A stretch of DNA of 64,000 nucleotides from Flectonema sp. DT1601 (taxonomy: Eukaryota). Under the pieces are notes generated by a model, which saw only the letters and a list, made by a program, of their open reading frames with translations, ran no database searches and was not told the origin of the DNA. Position numbers and translations under genes: made by a program. The stretch covers positions 62,001 to 126,000 of the forward strand of contig OZ025797.1 in assembly GCA_964019425.1 (NCBI GenBank), given 5' to 3'. Positions 33,101-45,138 of the stretch are shown piece after piece (within the stretch, counting starts at the first letter, position 1; each line of letters opens with the position of its first letter).

Positions 33101-33870
33101 TTATTTTATTTTTTTTTGAAGGAAAAAGGAAAAAAAAAAAAAAAAAAAATCCTGCTTAGAAATTGATAATAAGAATTTATTGACAGCGATTTTGACAGTG
33201 GTTGCTCAGTAGTCTGGGCTGCTGTATCACAAACGAGGTATTTTCTGTTCGTACAAATTTTCAATATTGCTATCTCGGAGGCTATTTTTAGTTTTTTTTT
33301 TTTTTTTTTTTTTTGTTCTTTTTTTTTTTTCTGGCAGCAATAACAACATAAAGAAAACAAGAAAAAAAACAGCAAAACATGCGCAGGAAATTAAAAATGT
33401 TTTCACACGATTACGACAATACAATCCCTTGCGGCAATACTAAAGCATAACAGAGACCAATCCGCCTATAAACGGCTGGAGAGTCGTCTGTTACTCTTGG
33501 TACAATCGCTCAATGATAATAAACAAATAGATGTTTTCGAAAAAATGATATCATGCCCCGGAGATGATCGGCTTCTAATTCGAACAAACAGGACAGAAAA
33601 ACAAACGCAACAAGCAGTACACGAACACAGGTCTGGGTCCAACCGGAGAGTTGACGTGCTGCGAGAAATTGCTTCAAAAATAAAGACATGTATAAAGCGC
33701 TGGTCTGATCAAAGCTAAAGGTTAGTTTTCAAAATGAGAATCGCATTCATTCCGTGACAGCTACCCGCTTGATTTACAAAAACAACATAATCCGAGCTTT
33801 CAACCGTATGAGGCATGATTTGCAATCGTTTTATCACCAATTTATATTCAAAATCCCCCCTCGCTACCTA

Positions 33871-35874
33871 TTAGGCAGATGAGAGTCTGTTCTTGACCCA
33901 CCCCTCAAGTCCCCCGGCCAAGCAAATTTCCTGTGCGAACGGACCCAATGGCGCTACCGGAAAGGTTTTTCCATCGAACGATGCCTCACTGTTTCTGAAG
34001 TTGAGCTCAATTTGCTTGTCAGTCTTCAGAGTTAGTGGGGAATCAGGGTAAACTTCACGAAGGTATTCCACAAGAAGAGGCGACTCTAAAGCTGCGAAAC
34101 CGTTATTAAATGCGTTCCTTTTGTATGTCTCTGAAAAGGATCCAGCGATGACTAATGGGATTCCTCTAAACTTCAAACAGGTTGCTGCTTGTTCTCTGCT
34201 GCTGCCACATCCAAAGTTAAAGCCACCAACAATAATATCTCCAGCAGTTACCATCTTACGGAATTCTGGATCGTAGTTTTCCATTACAACGTCTGCCATT
34301 TTCTCAGGGGTGAGGTCGGAGTAAGTGTGAGCCCCTGCGTAGATACCATCAGTGTTTAGGTTGTCTTCCTTACAGAAGACAAGCGTTCCAGCGAGAAGTT
34401 CTTGAAAACCAGGAAGAAGTTCAACAGCACTCTTTGGTTCTTCAGGTAGTGGTTTACCGACTTCAACAGCTGAAGAAGAAGGTTCGGTAAGTAGATTTGG
34501 TGAAGTAATTTTACCTGATGCTGCTGACGCTGCGACAACTGCAGGAGATGCTAAGTAACACTTCGCGTTAGGATGACCCATGCGACCTTTAAAGTTTCTA
34601 TTTGTTGCAGATATTCCAACCTCACCGTCCTCCAAAAGACCAACACCTAATCCAACACATGGACCACAACCTGCTGGAAGAGGTATCGCTCCAGCATTTA
34701 AAAGTGTTTGCCAACTGCCTGCTTCTTCTGCTTCTTCCTGAACTGACACAGATGCTGGAGCGATGTACAGCTCGACGCCGTCTGCTACTTTTCCAATACC
34801 AGCATTTTTAAAAACTGCTGCTGCCGCATCTAAATCAGATGCTCTTGAGTTAGTACAAGATACGATGTATGCTTTATTAATTGGAACTCCTTCATTGTGG
34901 AGTTGACTAACTGGTTTTGAAATTTTAACAGAATTTGGTCCCGAAACTGCAGGAGTGACTTTCGACAGGTCGAGTGTGATCTTTCTGGCGTAGGTAGCTC
35001 CCTCGTCAGGTGACAACAATCCTTCTTCAAGACTCTTCTCGAGTTGAGTTAGACTGTCGTTTGCAAAGTTTGCTGCGGCATCCGGGAATGAGTTGTCTTT
35101 TTTAATATTAATTCTCGACTGTCTAGCTCTCATCCAGTCTATTAAAACATTATCAACTGGGAACAGTCCTACTAACGCACCCCATTCTGTTGTCATATTA
35201 GCGATAGTCAGTCTTTCATCAATAGAGAGCTTCTCGACTCCAGGTCCGGAGAATTCAACGGCGTGGTTGAGGACTTCGTCGTTGCTAATTTCACCGCAGA
35301 GGGTGATGATTACATCTTTTCCGGTACAACCTTCAGGTAATTGTCCAATGAGGTTAACACTCGTTACTGGTGGTACTGTCCACCAAGTTTGACCTGTTGC
35401 CCAGATTGCTGCTGCGTCAGTTCTAACAACTGGAGTTCCTAAGCAACCAACACCACCGTACATGTTAGAGTGACTATCTGAAGCAACTACCATTGATCCT
35501 GGGTAAGCATATCCATTCTCAACCATTATCTGATGAGCAATTCCTTTCCCTGCTCCACTGAATCTAACTCCGTGTTTTAACGCAAATTTCTCAATCGAAT
35601 CGTACTTTGTGAGGTTCTTCTCTGTTTTATTCTGAACGTCGTGATCAATACCGAAAAATGGTTGACGAGAATCATGAAACGTCGGTTCACCCTTCGTGAA
35701 TAATCCTTCGAACTTTGGCATCACCGCCGCAGTGTTATCGTGAGTCATAACTCGATGTGGTTTAATTGAAACAAAACTCCCTGACTTAGTCACATTCGCC
35801 GGAGGTAGGGGCTTCCCCGCTCCATCGACCACATGTCGCTGGACAATTTTCTCAACAAGATTTTGACACCTCAT
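33871..35874 (-). CDS. LYS4: Homoaconitase (single-chain, fungal Lys4 type)
   Basis: QNLVEKI, MTHDN, DHDVQN, SDSHSNMYGGVG, SCTNSR, GCGPCVG, SATNRNFKGRMG, swivel NTDGIY and GCGSSREQA. Confidence 0.93.
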   Translation of the reverse strand: MRCQNLVEKIVQRHVVDGAGKPLPPANVTKSGSFVSIKPHRVMTHDNTAAVMPKFEGLFTKGEPTFHDSRQPFFGIDHDVQNKTEKNLTKYDSIEKFALKHGVRFSGAGKGIAHQIMVENGYAYPGSMVVASDSHSNMYGGVGCLGTPVVRTDAAAIWATGQTWWTVPPVTSVNLIGQLPEGCTGKDVIITLCGEISNDEVLNHAVEFSGPGVEKLSIDERLTIANMTTEWGALVGLFPVDNVLIDWMRARQSRINIKKDNSFPDAAANFANDSLTQLEKSLEEGLLSPDEGATYARKITLDLSKVTPAVSGPNSVKISKPVSQLHNEGVPINKAYIVSCTNSRASDLDAAAAVFKNAGIGKVADGVELYIAPASVSVQEEAEEAGSWQTLLNAGAIPLPAGCGPCVGLGVGLLEDGEVGISATNRNFKGRMGHPNAKCYLASPAVVAASAASGKITSPNLLTEPSSSAVEVGKPLPEEPKSAVELLPGFQELLAGTLVFCKEDNLNTDGIYAGAHTYSDLTPEKMADVVMENYDPEFRKMVTAGDIIVGGFNFGCGSSREQAATCLKFRGIPLVIAGSFSETYKRNAFNNGFAALESPLLVEYLREVYPDSPLTLKTDKQIELNFRNSEASFDGKTFPVAPLGPFAQEICLAGGLEGWVKNRLSSA

Positions 35875-36422
35875 GGTTTTTTTATTATTCGTATTTCTTA
35901 TTCTTTTTAATTAATAGTGTTATAAGGAAAATATTTTTTTCTTTGAAACTTTAAAAAAAAAAAAAGGGAATCCAATTTCTTCATGACATTCGTTGTTGTT
36001 GTTGTTACAAAAAAAAGTGATCTGTTAGGAAGAAATTATTACAATATTATTTTATATGAGAAAAAAAACAAAACATTGCAAAACCTCATTTTTAAAAGAA
36101 ACATGAAAAAAGAAAAAAACAGAATTGGACGAAGAGATAATTAGAAATGAAAAAAAAAACAGGGGGGAGGGAATGCAAAAAATTGAGCGAAGAAAAAGAA
36201 AACTGCGCTTACTCTTAATAGCCGCACGCAATCTGTAAATATTTTTAAACCTGTAAAGTGGTTCTTAATAGCCATCTTACTGACTTTGGTAACAGAGTAC
36301 CAGGGGTAACGAATCTTCCACAAAGCTCTTATGTAGGGTCAAGTTTACCAAGTGTCTTCACTCTGTGATATTTATTATTATAGTGGTTTAGTGTCAGTGA
36401 AGAGTACTGCTTTATAAACTAA

Positions 36423-36872
36423 CTAAAGACATACCTTCTTACCTCTCGACATGAAGAACGCGAAGGAACTTACTGAAATTAGAAGTGTTTGTATTAAGTT
36501 TGCTATGCCGGGGTATTCTAAATCACCACCTCCACTGCTGTAGTCAGTAATTAGAAAGACAACAGCTATAGTAATAGCACCAAACATGATGAGAACGCTG
36601 AAGAAGAACCAGCCTTTGTTCATTCCGACTTCACGTTCATCATACATGCCGCTGTCCTCAGAGAGGTGTTGTGGAGTAATTAAATTCATGAAGAAGAATG
36701 CGACCGTCGCTACTAAACCAGGAGCCCAATCTTTTGAGTGTTGGTGTCCTGGATTGTGTCTCGCAATTACAAATCCATCGGCGAACATAATCCAACCTCC
36801 GGCAAAAAACACACCCGACATTAGCGCGATAAGATATCTCTTATCGAACCTATCATCATCCATGTTCATCAT
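36423..36872 (-). CDS. Vps68/TMEM50 (UPF0220)-like four-TM protein
   Basis: SGVFFAGGWIMFADG, WAPGLVATVAFFFMNL, YPGIANLIQTLLI; four hydrophobic segments. Confidence 0.8.
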   Translation of the reverse strand: MMNMDDDRFDKRYLIALMSGVFFAGGWIMFADGFVIARHNPGHQHSKDWAPGLVATVAFFFMNLITPQHLSEDSGMYDEREVGMNKGWFFFSVLIMFGAITIAVVFLITDYSSGGGDLEYPGIANLIQTLLISVSSFAFFMSRGKKVCL

Positions 36873-38667
36873 TTTGTAAGTGTTGTTATTATAGACACCT
36901 GTTGTTTGTTGGAATTACATATTGCTAGTCTCTGTCACTTTTACTGTTGCTGTTTCCTCCTATTGAAATGAATTGTGGTAGTAATCGAAAAAATTGAATT
37001 ATTTTTATAATTTTTTTTTTTAAAGTAAACCATAAAACTGAAGACTCCAAATAATCAAAAATCGTAAAACTCCCTTCTTTTTTTTTTTTTTTTTTTAAAA
37101 CTTTTTTTTGGTTTGTTTCTTTGTGTGTTTGAGAAAACAGGTTGCGGGAAAATACCAAAGATTAACTTAACCACATGGTCACACCTTTCAACTTGTGTCT
37201 AACGTACTTACAAGAGGAACATTTACTCACAACCAGCATAGACGCTGAAACGATAGCTGTAACGGAAACAAACTAAAGGAGAAAGAGGAAAGAAATAAAC
37301 GATTAGGGGATATTGTATCGAAGTTAACTAGTAATTTATGATACAGTGACTAAAGGAAAAAAAAAACAAACAATTAGAAGGGGGAAAGAAAGAAAAGCGG
37401 TATTGCTACCGCAAGTGGGCACATATGACTTTAGGAACAGCGTTTCAATTTTTTTTTAAAATATATATGTGAGCGGAAGAATTCATCCAAAAAAGGTTGC
37501 AACTTCTAAAAAACAAGTAAAACACCCTAAGAAATAAGACTCAAAAAAAGCGGAATCAACTACATGAAAGCGTTGCTGATATGACTGCAAAGGCTCCTCA
37601 TGCAGACGTCGATTCCAGCAGAAAAGAAAAAAGAAGAAGAAAAAAAAAGCACTACACCACTTCATCACATTCCGCTGATAATTAAAATCCTAAAAAATAA
37701 AACGAATCGAAGTAATTAGGAAGTCGAACGAATGAAGATAAATTTGAGGGGAACATTAGTATAGATTTACGTGAAAAGCGAGAAAAAAGAAAATAACGAA
37801 AAATCATCGATTGTGAGTTAATCTCATATTAATAGAGTGACTAAATACTTTGATGTGTTCATCATATTTTATAATGAACCGTTTGTGACCAAGTGATTTG
37901 CATTATCAACTTGGTACCCATTACAGCTTATTATTAATTTGAAGATTCTCTCCAGGACTAGTTGGGAGAATGAATCATATTAATCGATTCTACGCTAAAC
38001 AAAAAAAAAAAAATACTTTTTTTTTTTTCTTTAGCTAATCGCTTGTTATTCTAACAGCAAAGAAAAAAACAAAAGAAGAAAAAAGAAATCCACACACACA
38101 ACAATACGAAAACAAACATAACATAATATAGATATAGGAGGGGGGGTTCACATACACAGCAATAACGATTATAAATAACTGTTTCTCATCAGCAGTTGAT
38201 AGAGTTAGTTATTAAGTGAGGGGGGATGAAGAAAACACGATTTTATACTTGCCTCCCATTGTCTGATTGCTTAACCAATAATAGATATCGTTCGCTTCTC
38301 AGAAGGGACCAACTTCCCCAAGTGAAATATCAGGTGGGAGTAGAGACAGCTTTACTTCACGTTAAAGAAAACTAAAGTCACAGACCGATAACGATCAAAA
38401 GCTTGCAAACGCAAACCGCAAAAAAACAGATTAGCAGCCTTGGGAGACAATACACACTTTTTTTTTTTTTTTTTTAAAAACCTACAAATGCTCACGATGT
38501 CACCACCAAGTTTGGTACAAACACTTGGTTTGATAGTTTCTTGTGACAAAGAAAATCACCACTAGTGAAAAGAAAACCTTCACTCGTCTACCGAACTCAG
38601 GTCATGTGAAATAAGCAAAACAAAGTAACTTCATTTCTTTTATAAATAAAATGATATCATCACGTGC

Positions 38668-40206
38668 TTATTGAGGTTGTGGAACTGGTGATGGTGCTGT
38701 CGCAGGTCTCATAACTTCCCCAACTTCTGAAGAATCACCCAGAGATCCTTGATATACTTTCTTATCTGTTCCTAAGATTCTGGTGCGGACCTGTAATTTC
38801 TCATTTTTAGGAGGAGATGGCGTACTCGGAGGTCCCGTTTCTTTAACAACAACTTGAACTATTTCACTCTGCCTTGAATCAGCTGTTTTAGGACGACGAC
38901 TAGGACTAGGAACTCTACTTGACCACTCAAGGTATGCTTTACTTGTTGGTGATGACACTAATACAGTTCCTGGAGGGAAAACTCTTGATGGACCTGGAAC
39001 AAGTATATCTTCATGTTTATCAGCGGGTCCTTTACAAGATAAACATTTATATCTAAGTAAACCAGTACCATCATCACTATGATGGAAGTTAATACTCGTA
39101 CGATGTTCTACTTCTGCAGAAGCTTGTCTGGATGCTTTATGAAGCTCTGAACGATTAGCCTTTAGTCGTTCTACTCTGTTGTACTGGTCTTCAAGTATTT
39201 GTAATCTGTCACTTACTTCTCCGTATGGAAATCTATTTTGTTTTTGTAATTGTATTTGTTGTTGTAGACTTCTTGCTTCATTCTCAAGTCCTGAGATCCT
39301 TTCTCTAACGCCATTTATGTCTACGAGAGTGACTGATGGTTGGGTTTCCTTTTCTCCCTCGTCAGAAACATCTTCGAATTGAACTCGTTTTGTCTTCTCA
39401 GAGTCTTCTCCATAATCAGACCTGACTCCAGTACCGTGTGGATGGTGTCCTTCATGAGTCGAATAGGCTGAGTGGTCTCCGTATCCTACATGTTGGTGTC
39501 CTGCATTTTGATTTCCTCCATGTTCTCCGTGTGTTTGGTGTGATCCTTTCAGTGCAAACTTATCATTAAAACTTTTTGTAAGTTTTTCCAATTCATTGAT
39601 ACGATTCTCTAAACCATTATCAGTTTTAGGTCGGAAGGTTTGAACAGGCGTCTGTGGTCGCAAAGAAAATCGCGAGTTGAGTTCATCAATTTGTGACTGC
39701 AGAGGATCAGCTAGTTTTGTAAAAGAAGGAAGATCATGAAGAGCTTTAACACGAAATGATTGTTGAGATTGGACAGCAGTATGAGCGTCATCTTTTGATA
39801 AATCAAATAATGAATACAAGTCTGATAGTGCTTGTGTGTCAAGGTTTGGTTCATCAATTTTTAATTCAACTTCGCGTATCCTTCCCTCTACAGTTTCTAT
39901 GTCTTTATCAGTTACCTGTCTTTCAGCATCAATCATGGTTCTTACTGCTGATTTGGTACAGTACATGTCGTCAGACATTTCTCTCTTACGCATTGCTTCT
40001 TCCAAACCTAACATACCTTCCTGCAGTGCAGTGATGTCTCTTTCAACTCCTTCTATTCGATCGTTAGCGAAGTTCAGTCTCTTGATTTCACTGTCTTGAA
40101 ATTCTAATTTCTTTAAAATACCAGACACCACACTGTGGAGGTATGAAGTCTGTACCGGAACCAACTCCGTAGAGAGAGTGTCCGCAGAAGGTAGCTCAAA
40201 ATCCAT
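38668..40206 (-). CDS. Coiled-coil protein, possibly DUF4795-like
   Basis: 512-aa ORF; LKANRSEL and YKCLSC motifs; H/G-rich insert. Confidence 0.7.
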   Translation of the reverse strand: MDFELPSADTLSTELVPVQTSYLHSVVSGILKKLEFQDSEIKRLNFANDRIEGVERDITALQEGMLGLEEAMRKREMSDDMYCTKSAVRTMIDAERQVTDKDIETVEGRIREVELKIDEPNLDTQALSDLYSLFDLSKDDAHTAVQSQQSFRVKALHDLPSFTKLADPLQSQIDELNSRFSLRPQTPVQTFRPKTDNGLENRINELEKLTKSFNDKFALKGSHQTHGEHGGNQNAGHQHVGYGDHSAYSTHEGHHPHGTGVRSDYGEDSEKTKRVQFEDVSDEGEKETQPSVTLVDINGVRERISGLENEARSLQQQIQLQKQNRFPYGEVSDRLQILEDQYNRVERLKANRSELHKASRQASAEVEHRTSINFHHSDDGTGLLRYKCLSCKGPADKHEDILVPGPSRVFPPGTVLVSSPTSKAYLEWSSRVPSPSRRPKTADSRQSEIVQVVVKETGPPSTPSPPKNEKLQVRTRILGTDKKVYQGSLGDSSEVGEVMRPATAPSPVPQPQ

Positions 40207-40373
40207 ATTACAGCAACTATTGATTACCTAAATAATAAAAAGGATGAGTAGAATGTTGTTTATACAAATAGTCAGCAGCTTACCTCTCCTTGAAACCACA
40301 CCAAACATCCAATTTTGTTTAATTACCCTAATTACCCTTGGTAGGAAATAACGTTACTAAAACACAACAAAAC

Positions 40374-40404
<31 letters not shown>

Positions 40405-40658
40405 GGGTGATTTCCACAGCGAAAAACTCCCCTGGGATTGTTCCCACAGAGACTTATCGATAGTGGTGACTACTCGTGTAATCGATGCGAAATTATTTAT
40501 TATTAATACGAAAAGGAAGCATATCTACCATAACAAAATAAGGAACGGGAAATGCGGGTATTTTTTTTTTTTTATTACCCCAAAACTCACATTAGGAACA
40601 ACCCAGTAAGCAAACAATTCATCACAAAAAAAAAAAAAAGAGGCAATTTTCATGCTCT

Positions 40659-42295
40659 CTACAGAGACGGAACACATGGCAGTGTTGGAACATCAGGAGC
40701 AGTTATCCAATTAAATGCTGTTATGGCAGTGACTAGAACTGACATGACTACCCCGCAGTACGCAATAACCATATCAGCCTTGGGTGATGATCCAATTATT
40801 CCATTATGAATCAAAGCAGGTAGTACGAATCCCATTGGAACCCCAGCCAATCCTCCTATGATCGCTACAATGTAGTGTAAGTAACTACGTGTAGCTGTCG
40901 CAAACCCAGCTAGTGACATTAATATAAACGATCGAAGAACGTTCTTTGTCCACTTAGCGGTATCGTTATGCTTACCGCTAGGAATCTGTAAGATTTTTTC
41001 AATCACACGATATGCTGGAAAGGCTTGTAAAGGAAGACTACAGAGAATTGCGATTATATAAAGAAATGAAACCATGTGAGATACCGCACCGTGAGCTCCT
41101 ATTGAAATTAAGACGTTTTGCTCAACAGTATCACCAAAGGCAAGCAATCCCAGTAAACCAACCAACACGTACACAAAACAAACGACTATAGTTGCAGTTG
41201 TTAACACGGATTTAAAGTGATCAGGGTGTTGCATACATTCTTTAATGGGAATCATGCAAGCGACACCCTCATAAGATAATACAGAGGTACCAATAAACAA
41301 AGGCGCCGTGTTTGGTTTAAAAGCATCAACCCTCTGAATCCCATGAATTGATATCACCTGCAGACAACTACAAACTACTAAAACAAGTCCACTAACGATA
41401 CACAGATCAGCTATAGTCGCAGCGAGGGCAAGTGATCTTAAATTTCTTAGAAATGATATTGGCAATTGTAATAAAGCATTAATATAAATAACAACAGTTG
41501 GGTCCAGCTGTAGACTGCAATTACTAAAATCAGCCACTAACGCAATAAGTGTATCAGTAACGAATATAAAGTACGACACGACTAAACCAAACTGAAAAAG
41601 TATCAAAGACATCTGTACGGCTATTCTGCCGTTGCGACCTGTTTTTTTTTTTTTTTTTTTTGTTCCCCATAACACCAAGCAAGAAGCAGATAAAACCTGA
41701 TCGTAGACCGACGCAGAGGGAAATAAAAGGATTGAAATAAAATACCTAGAGCCCTCTCTCCAAGTTCCGCAAAAGATAATGCTCCAGCTTCATCTCTCGC
41801 TGATAGTAAGAGTAGTATACAGTTGGCTGTAACTGCGGCTGTTAGAAGTTGAAACACACATGAGAATAAGGATCCTCCATCAGCGAATGCTCGAGGTAAA
41901 AACAAAACACCTGACCCGACTATTGATTTAAGCATCGTAAAGAATGCCTGATAATCTGTTGTAAGTTTATCTGCTGAGAGTTGAGTAGTGAGTGGTGTTG
42001 TTTCTGAGATGTAGTCAGAGTCTTCTTCTTCGAGATTCTCACCAGCATATCTCATTAAAATATCTGACATTTGATGACGTGTTGTCCGCTTTGATAAGTG
42101 AGCTCTTCTCATACCCCCAGGCATCTTTATTGTTTCTCTTAAATGATCAACTCCAAAATGATCAGTCTGTTCATGTCTAGCTGTCTGTGTTCTTCCTCTC
42201 TCTTTATTCTCACGCGATATCGCTCTGTAAACTCCATGTGTTATATCGCCACCGCTGGTTTGTAATGCAGTTTCAGCAGCCTCATCCGGATCCAT
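40659..42295 (-). CDS. Amino-acid transporter (SLC36/Avt3-4-like, Aa_trans family), two exons
   Basis: MLKSIVGSGVLFLPRAFADGG in exon 1; FIGTSVLSYEG, GLLAFG, PLQAFP in exon 2. Intron 41639-41745 joins the frames as ERALG|RNGRIAV. Confidence 0.9.
41639..41745 (-). other. 107-nt GT-AG spliceosomal intron
   Basis: G|GTATTT...A-run..CAG|GT; removal restores one transporter ORF. Confidence 0.85.
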
Positions 42296-42836
42296 TATCT
42301 CCTTTTATTCTGTTTTTTGATGAAACAAGTTAGTATAATTAAACGATAAAGACAGACCTTCTTGCTGACTAGTAGTGATTCAGATCTCATTGCACCGTTA
42401 AAATTAATTTAATAAATTATTTTAAAAAGGAAAAAAAAAAAAAAAAAAAAAACACACAAGATCTCAACACAATCTGAAATCTGGAACACAATACCATTTT
42501 CTATAGATACAAGTACACAAATAATTTAATGCCGTGTTGCATAATTCTACTTATGGAAGGGGAGGAAAAAAAAATACGAAGAATTCTGTTTTGCTTCTTC
42601 TTTTTCTTTTTTTTTTTTCCTTCCCCCATACAGTAATTATGCCTCCGTTGCACACACAGGTTTTTTTGAACTAAAAATCGTTCGAATACAGGGAAGGGGA
42701 AAAAATAAAAAAAATAAATACAAACAAAAGAAATCGTTGGGAACGTAACTAATTAAAAGCACTTTTTTATTTATTTTTTTTTTTTTTTAAAAAAGTCTTT
42801 GAAAAAGTCATGTGAACCAAGACGGAAGCAACTTCG

Positions 42837-44732
42837 TCATACGAAAGTCATTTTTACAGTTTCTGCGTCTTGTGCAACTTCACATGCTTCGGTAACGGTA
42901 CCGACCTTTACATCATTAATATGGGTTAATCGTTTTCCAAGTAACTTAGAGCATCCGCATAGGTCTGCCGGTGAATTTGGAATCACTTCCTCAAGTAGCA
43001 TATTAGCTCCACAGATCGCACCGGTTCCCTCATCTGGTTCTCTTGCAATTACAACAGTCGTTCCCTTGTCATTACAACCTAAACAGATATCACAAACATC
43101 ATAATCACATGTTCTACAACCAGCGAATCTAGCAGCTGGTAATATTAATTCACACGAAGAACAACAAACATCTCCAAGACCTGATGACTGAAGTTGTAAT
43201 TTATGTCCTAATGGACAACGACCTTTAGTAATGTGAGGAACTACTGGATGTGTTTCAATATTTATAACTTCAGTTGGTGGTAGTTGAAGATGATGATGTG
43301 ATTCAATTGATTTGTACGAAGTAACTTCTGTTGGAGCTCCAGCATGAACTGGTACTACACTTGGTGTGTGAGGTTGTCCTGTCATACTACAGTAAGGTGA
43401 TACTACTTGTGATCCTCCACAAGATGGACAGATATCAGTATCAGTAACTCCTTCAACTACTTCATGCGATTGTTGTACTGGACCAACCTGACTGTTGTGA
43501 TAGTCTTGTGAATGTGATTGTGATTGTGATGGTTGTTGTTGTTGTTGAGTTGATTTACTACTGTGACTATGTGGTTGAATAACATATCTAGGAGCTTGTT
43601 TAGGTTGTGGTGGTGATCTAATAGGCGATGGAGGAGTATTATCATTTGGATGATAGCCAGGTTTAGTCCAAACATCTCCATCATTCCACTCCAAGTAGTC
43701 AGGTCTTGCTTCTTCAAGTAATACATCCGCCAGAGCGATTCCATAGTTGCCAACTCTGATCGGATGTCGTTGGATCTCACCATCCATGACAACAGCTTCT
43801 CCTCTGATTTCAAATCGACGAATTGGTCTCGTTCCTGAAACCCACTTTCCTTGAAGCATTTGAAAAGCATTAACTGGTAAGTGCTCAGGCCATGTTGCTC
43901 TAGGCTTCTTCTTCGCACCTGTCATCCCATCAGCTATTGACTGATATTGTTGAGCTGGTACTTGTAATTCACTTGCTCTCCTTCTAGCAGGTGAATCCAT
44001 GTCTACTCGATGTTTTCTTTTACGTTCGGTAAACTCTGAATTACTTACATGTGGAGCACATGGTCTTCTAGACAAGAAAGGATCATCCCTTGAAGTATTT
44101 CCAACAACAGACTTATGATTTGCAATAATATCATCAGGTTTATAAACTGGTGCGTGTCTTGGTGATACTTCTCTTCGAGGTGGTGTTGCAGGAGGAGGTT
44201 GAATATGAACTTGTTGAGATTGATTAGGAACTCTACGTTGAACTGGTGACACCGATCTGATGATTGAGGGACGTACTTTTCCTGGAGAGGATCTGATTGA
44301 TGTGTTGTGCATTCGTTTTCTTCTTGAAAACTCAGCATGTGAAGTACTCATCCCTCTTGGGGTTACCGCAGCAGGTTCGGAGTAGGGAACAGATGTAGGA
44401 GACGGATAATATTTATTATCACCATGTTGTTGATGTTGCTGTTGTTGCTTAGGAGTTGGAGGAGTATACGAGGGAATCTCACCCTGAGGATCTTCATGTG
44501 CCATACCTCTTATGGTTTCCTTTAGCTCATGAACTGTTTTTCTTAAATTCATAACTTCAGATTCTAAGAACGGATTTTCACCACTGTGATCAAGTCCCCA
44601 AAGACCAGTTCTGTGCTCTCTCTTTTCATTTTCAAAATGTCTGTGAGATCTTGAATAGACACCTCCATCTGCAAAGACTGGAGCCTTCGGTTCTACAACA
44701 AGCCCTGAATACGAGGGACTGTCGGCATCCAT
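42837..44732 (-). CDS. Low-complexity protein with CPxGH-type zinc finger and C-terminal PDZ-like domain
   Basis: CPLGHKL..CSSC..CRTCDYDVCDIC; LLEEVIPNSPADLCG..LTHIND. Confidence 0.75.
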   Translation of the reverse strand: MDADSPSYSGLVVEPKAPVFADGGVYSRSHRHFENEKREHRTGLWGLDHSGENPFLESEVMNLRKTVHELKETIRGMAHEDPQGEIPSYTPPTPKQQQQHQQHGDNKYYPSPTSVPYSEPAAVTPRGMSTSHAEFSRRKRMHNTSIRSSPGKVRPSIIRSVSPVQRRVPNQSQQVHIQPPPATPPRREVSPRHAPVYKPDDIIANHKSVVGNTSRDDPFLSRRPCAPHVSNSEFTERKRKHRVDMDSPARRRASELQVPAQQYQSIADGMTGAKKKPRATWPEHLPVNAFQMLQGKWVSGTRPIRRFEIRGEAVVMDGEIQRHPIRVGNYGIALADVLLEEARPDYLEWNDGDVWTKPGYHPNDNTPPSPIRSPPQPKQAPRYVIQPHSHSSKSTQQQQQPSQSQSHSQDYHNSQVGPVQQSHEVVEGVTDTDICPSCGGSQVVSPYCSMTGQPHTPSVVPVHAGAPTEVTSYKSIESHHHLQLPPTEVINIETHPVVPHITKGRCPLGHKLQLQSSGLGDVCCSSCELILPAARFAGCRTCDYDVCDICLGCNDKGTTVVIAREPDEGTGAICGANMLLEEVIPNSPADLCGCSKLLGKRLTHINDVKVGTVTEACEVAQDAETVKMTFV

Positions 44733-45138
44733 ATGTTGGTACGATGCCTACTGAGTAAAAGTAATGTAACATTACAAAAAATAAATAAATAACATTTATC
44801 AGAAAAAGATATTTCGTAGGTTACAATAACGTCGAATGAGAATATCACAATGAAGACCCTTTTTTTTATGAGTGATTCCCTTCACAGAAACACAGGCAAC
44901 AGACAAAGTAACAACCTCTTAGAAAAGAGACCAGGCAAAAAAAAAAAAAAAGTGTAAATAGCAATAAGTACAATTCAATTGAAAATGCTAAACCCAACCA
45001 ACAGACTCATTCGTTCCTCAGAAGAGAAAAATACGCAATCAAAAAAAAAAGATTGGATACAATAGTAAGTAGAACAAAACATAACACACCACTAAGGCAT
45101 GACAACAAAAACAGCAATACAGATAAAAAACATAACTC

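Noticed and set aside
40228..40283. Coding intron extending ORF 38668-40206 (similar case at ~42310-42357)
   Set aside because: Good GT-AG signals, but splicing gives in-frame stops; at most 5' UTR introns.
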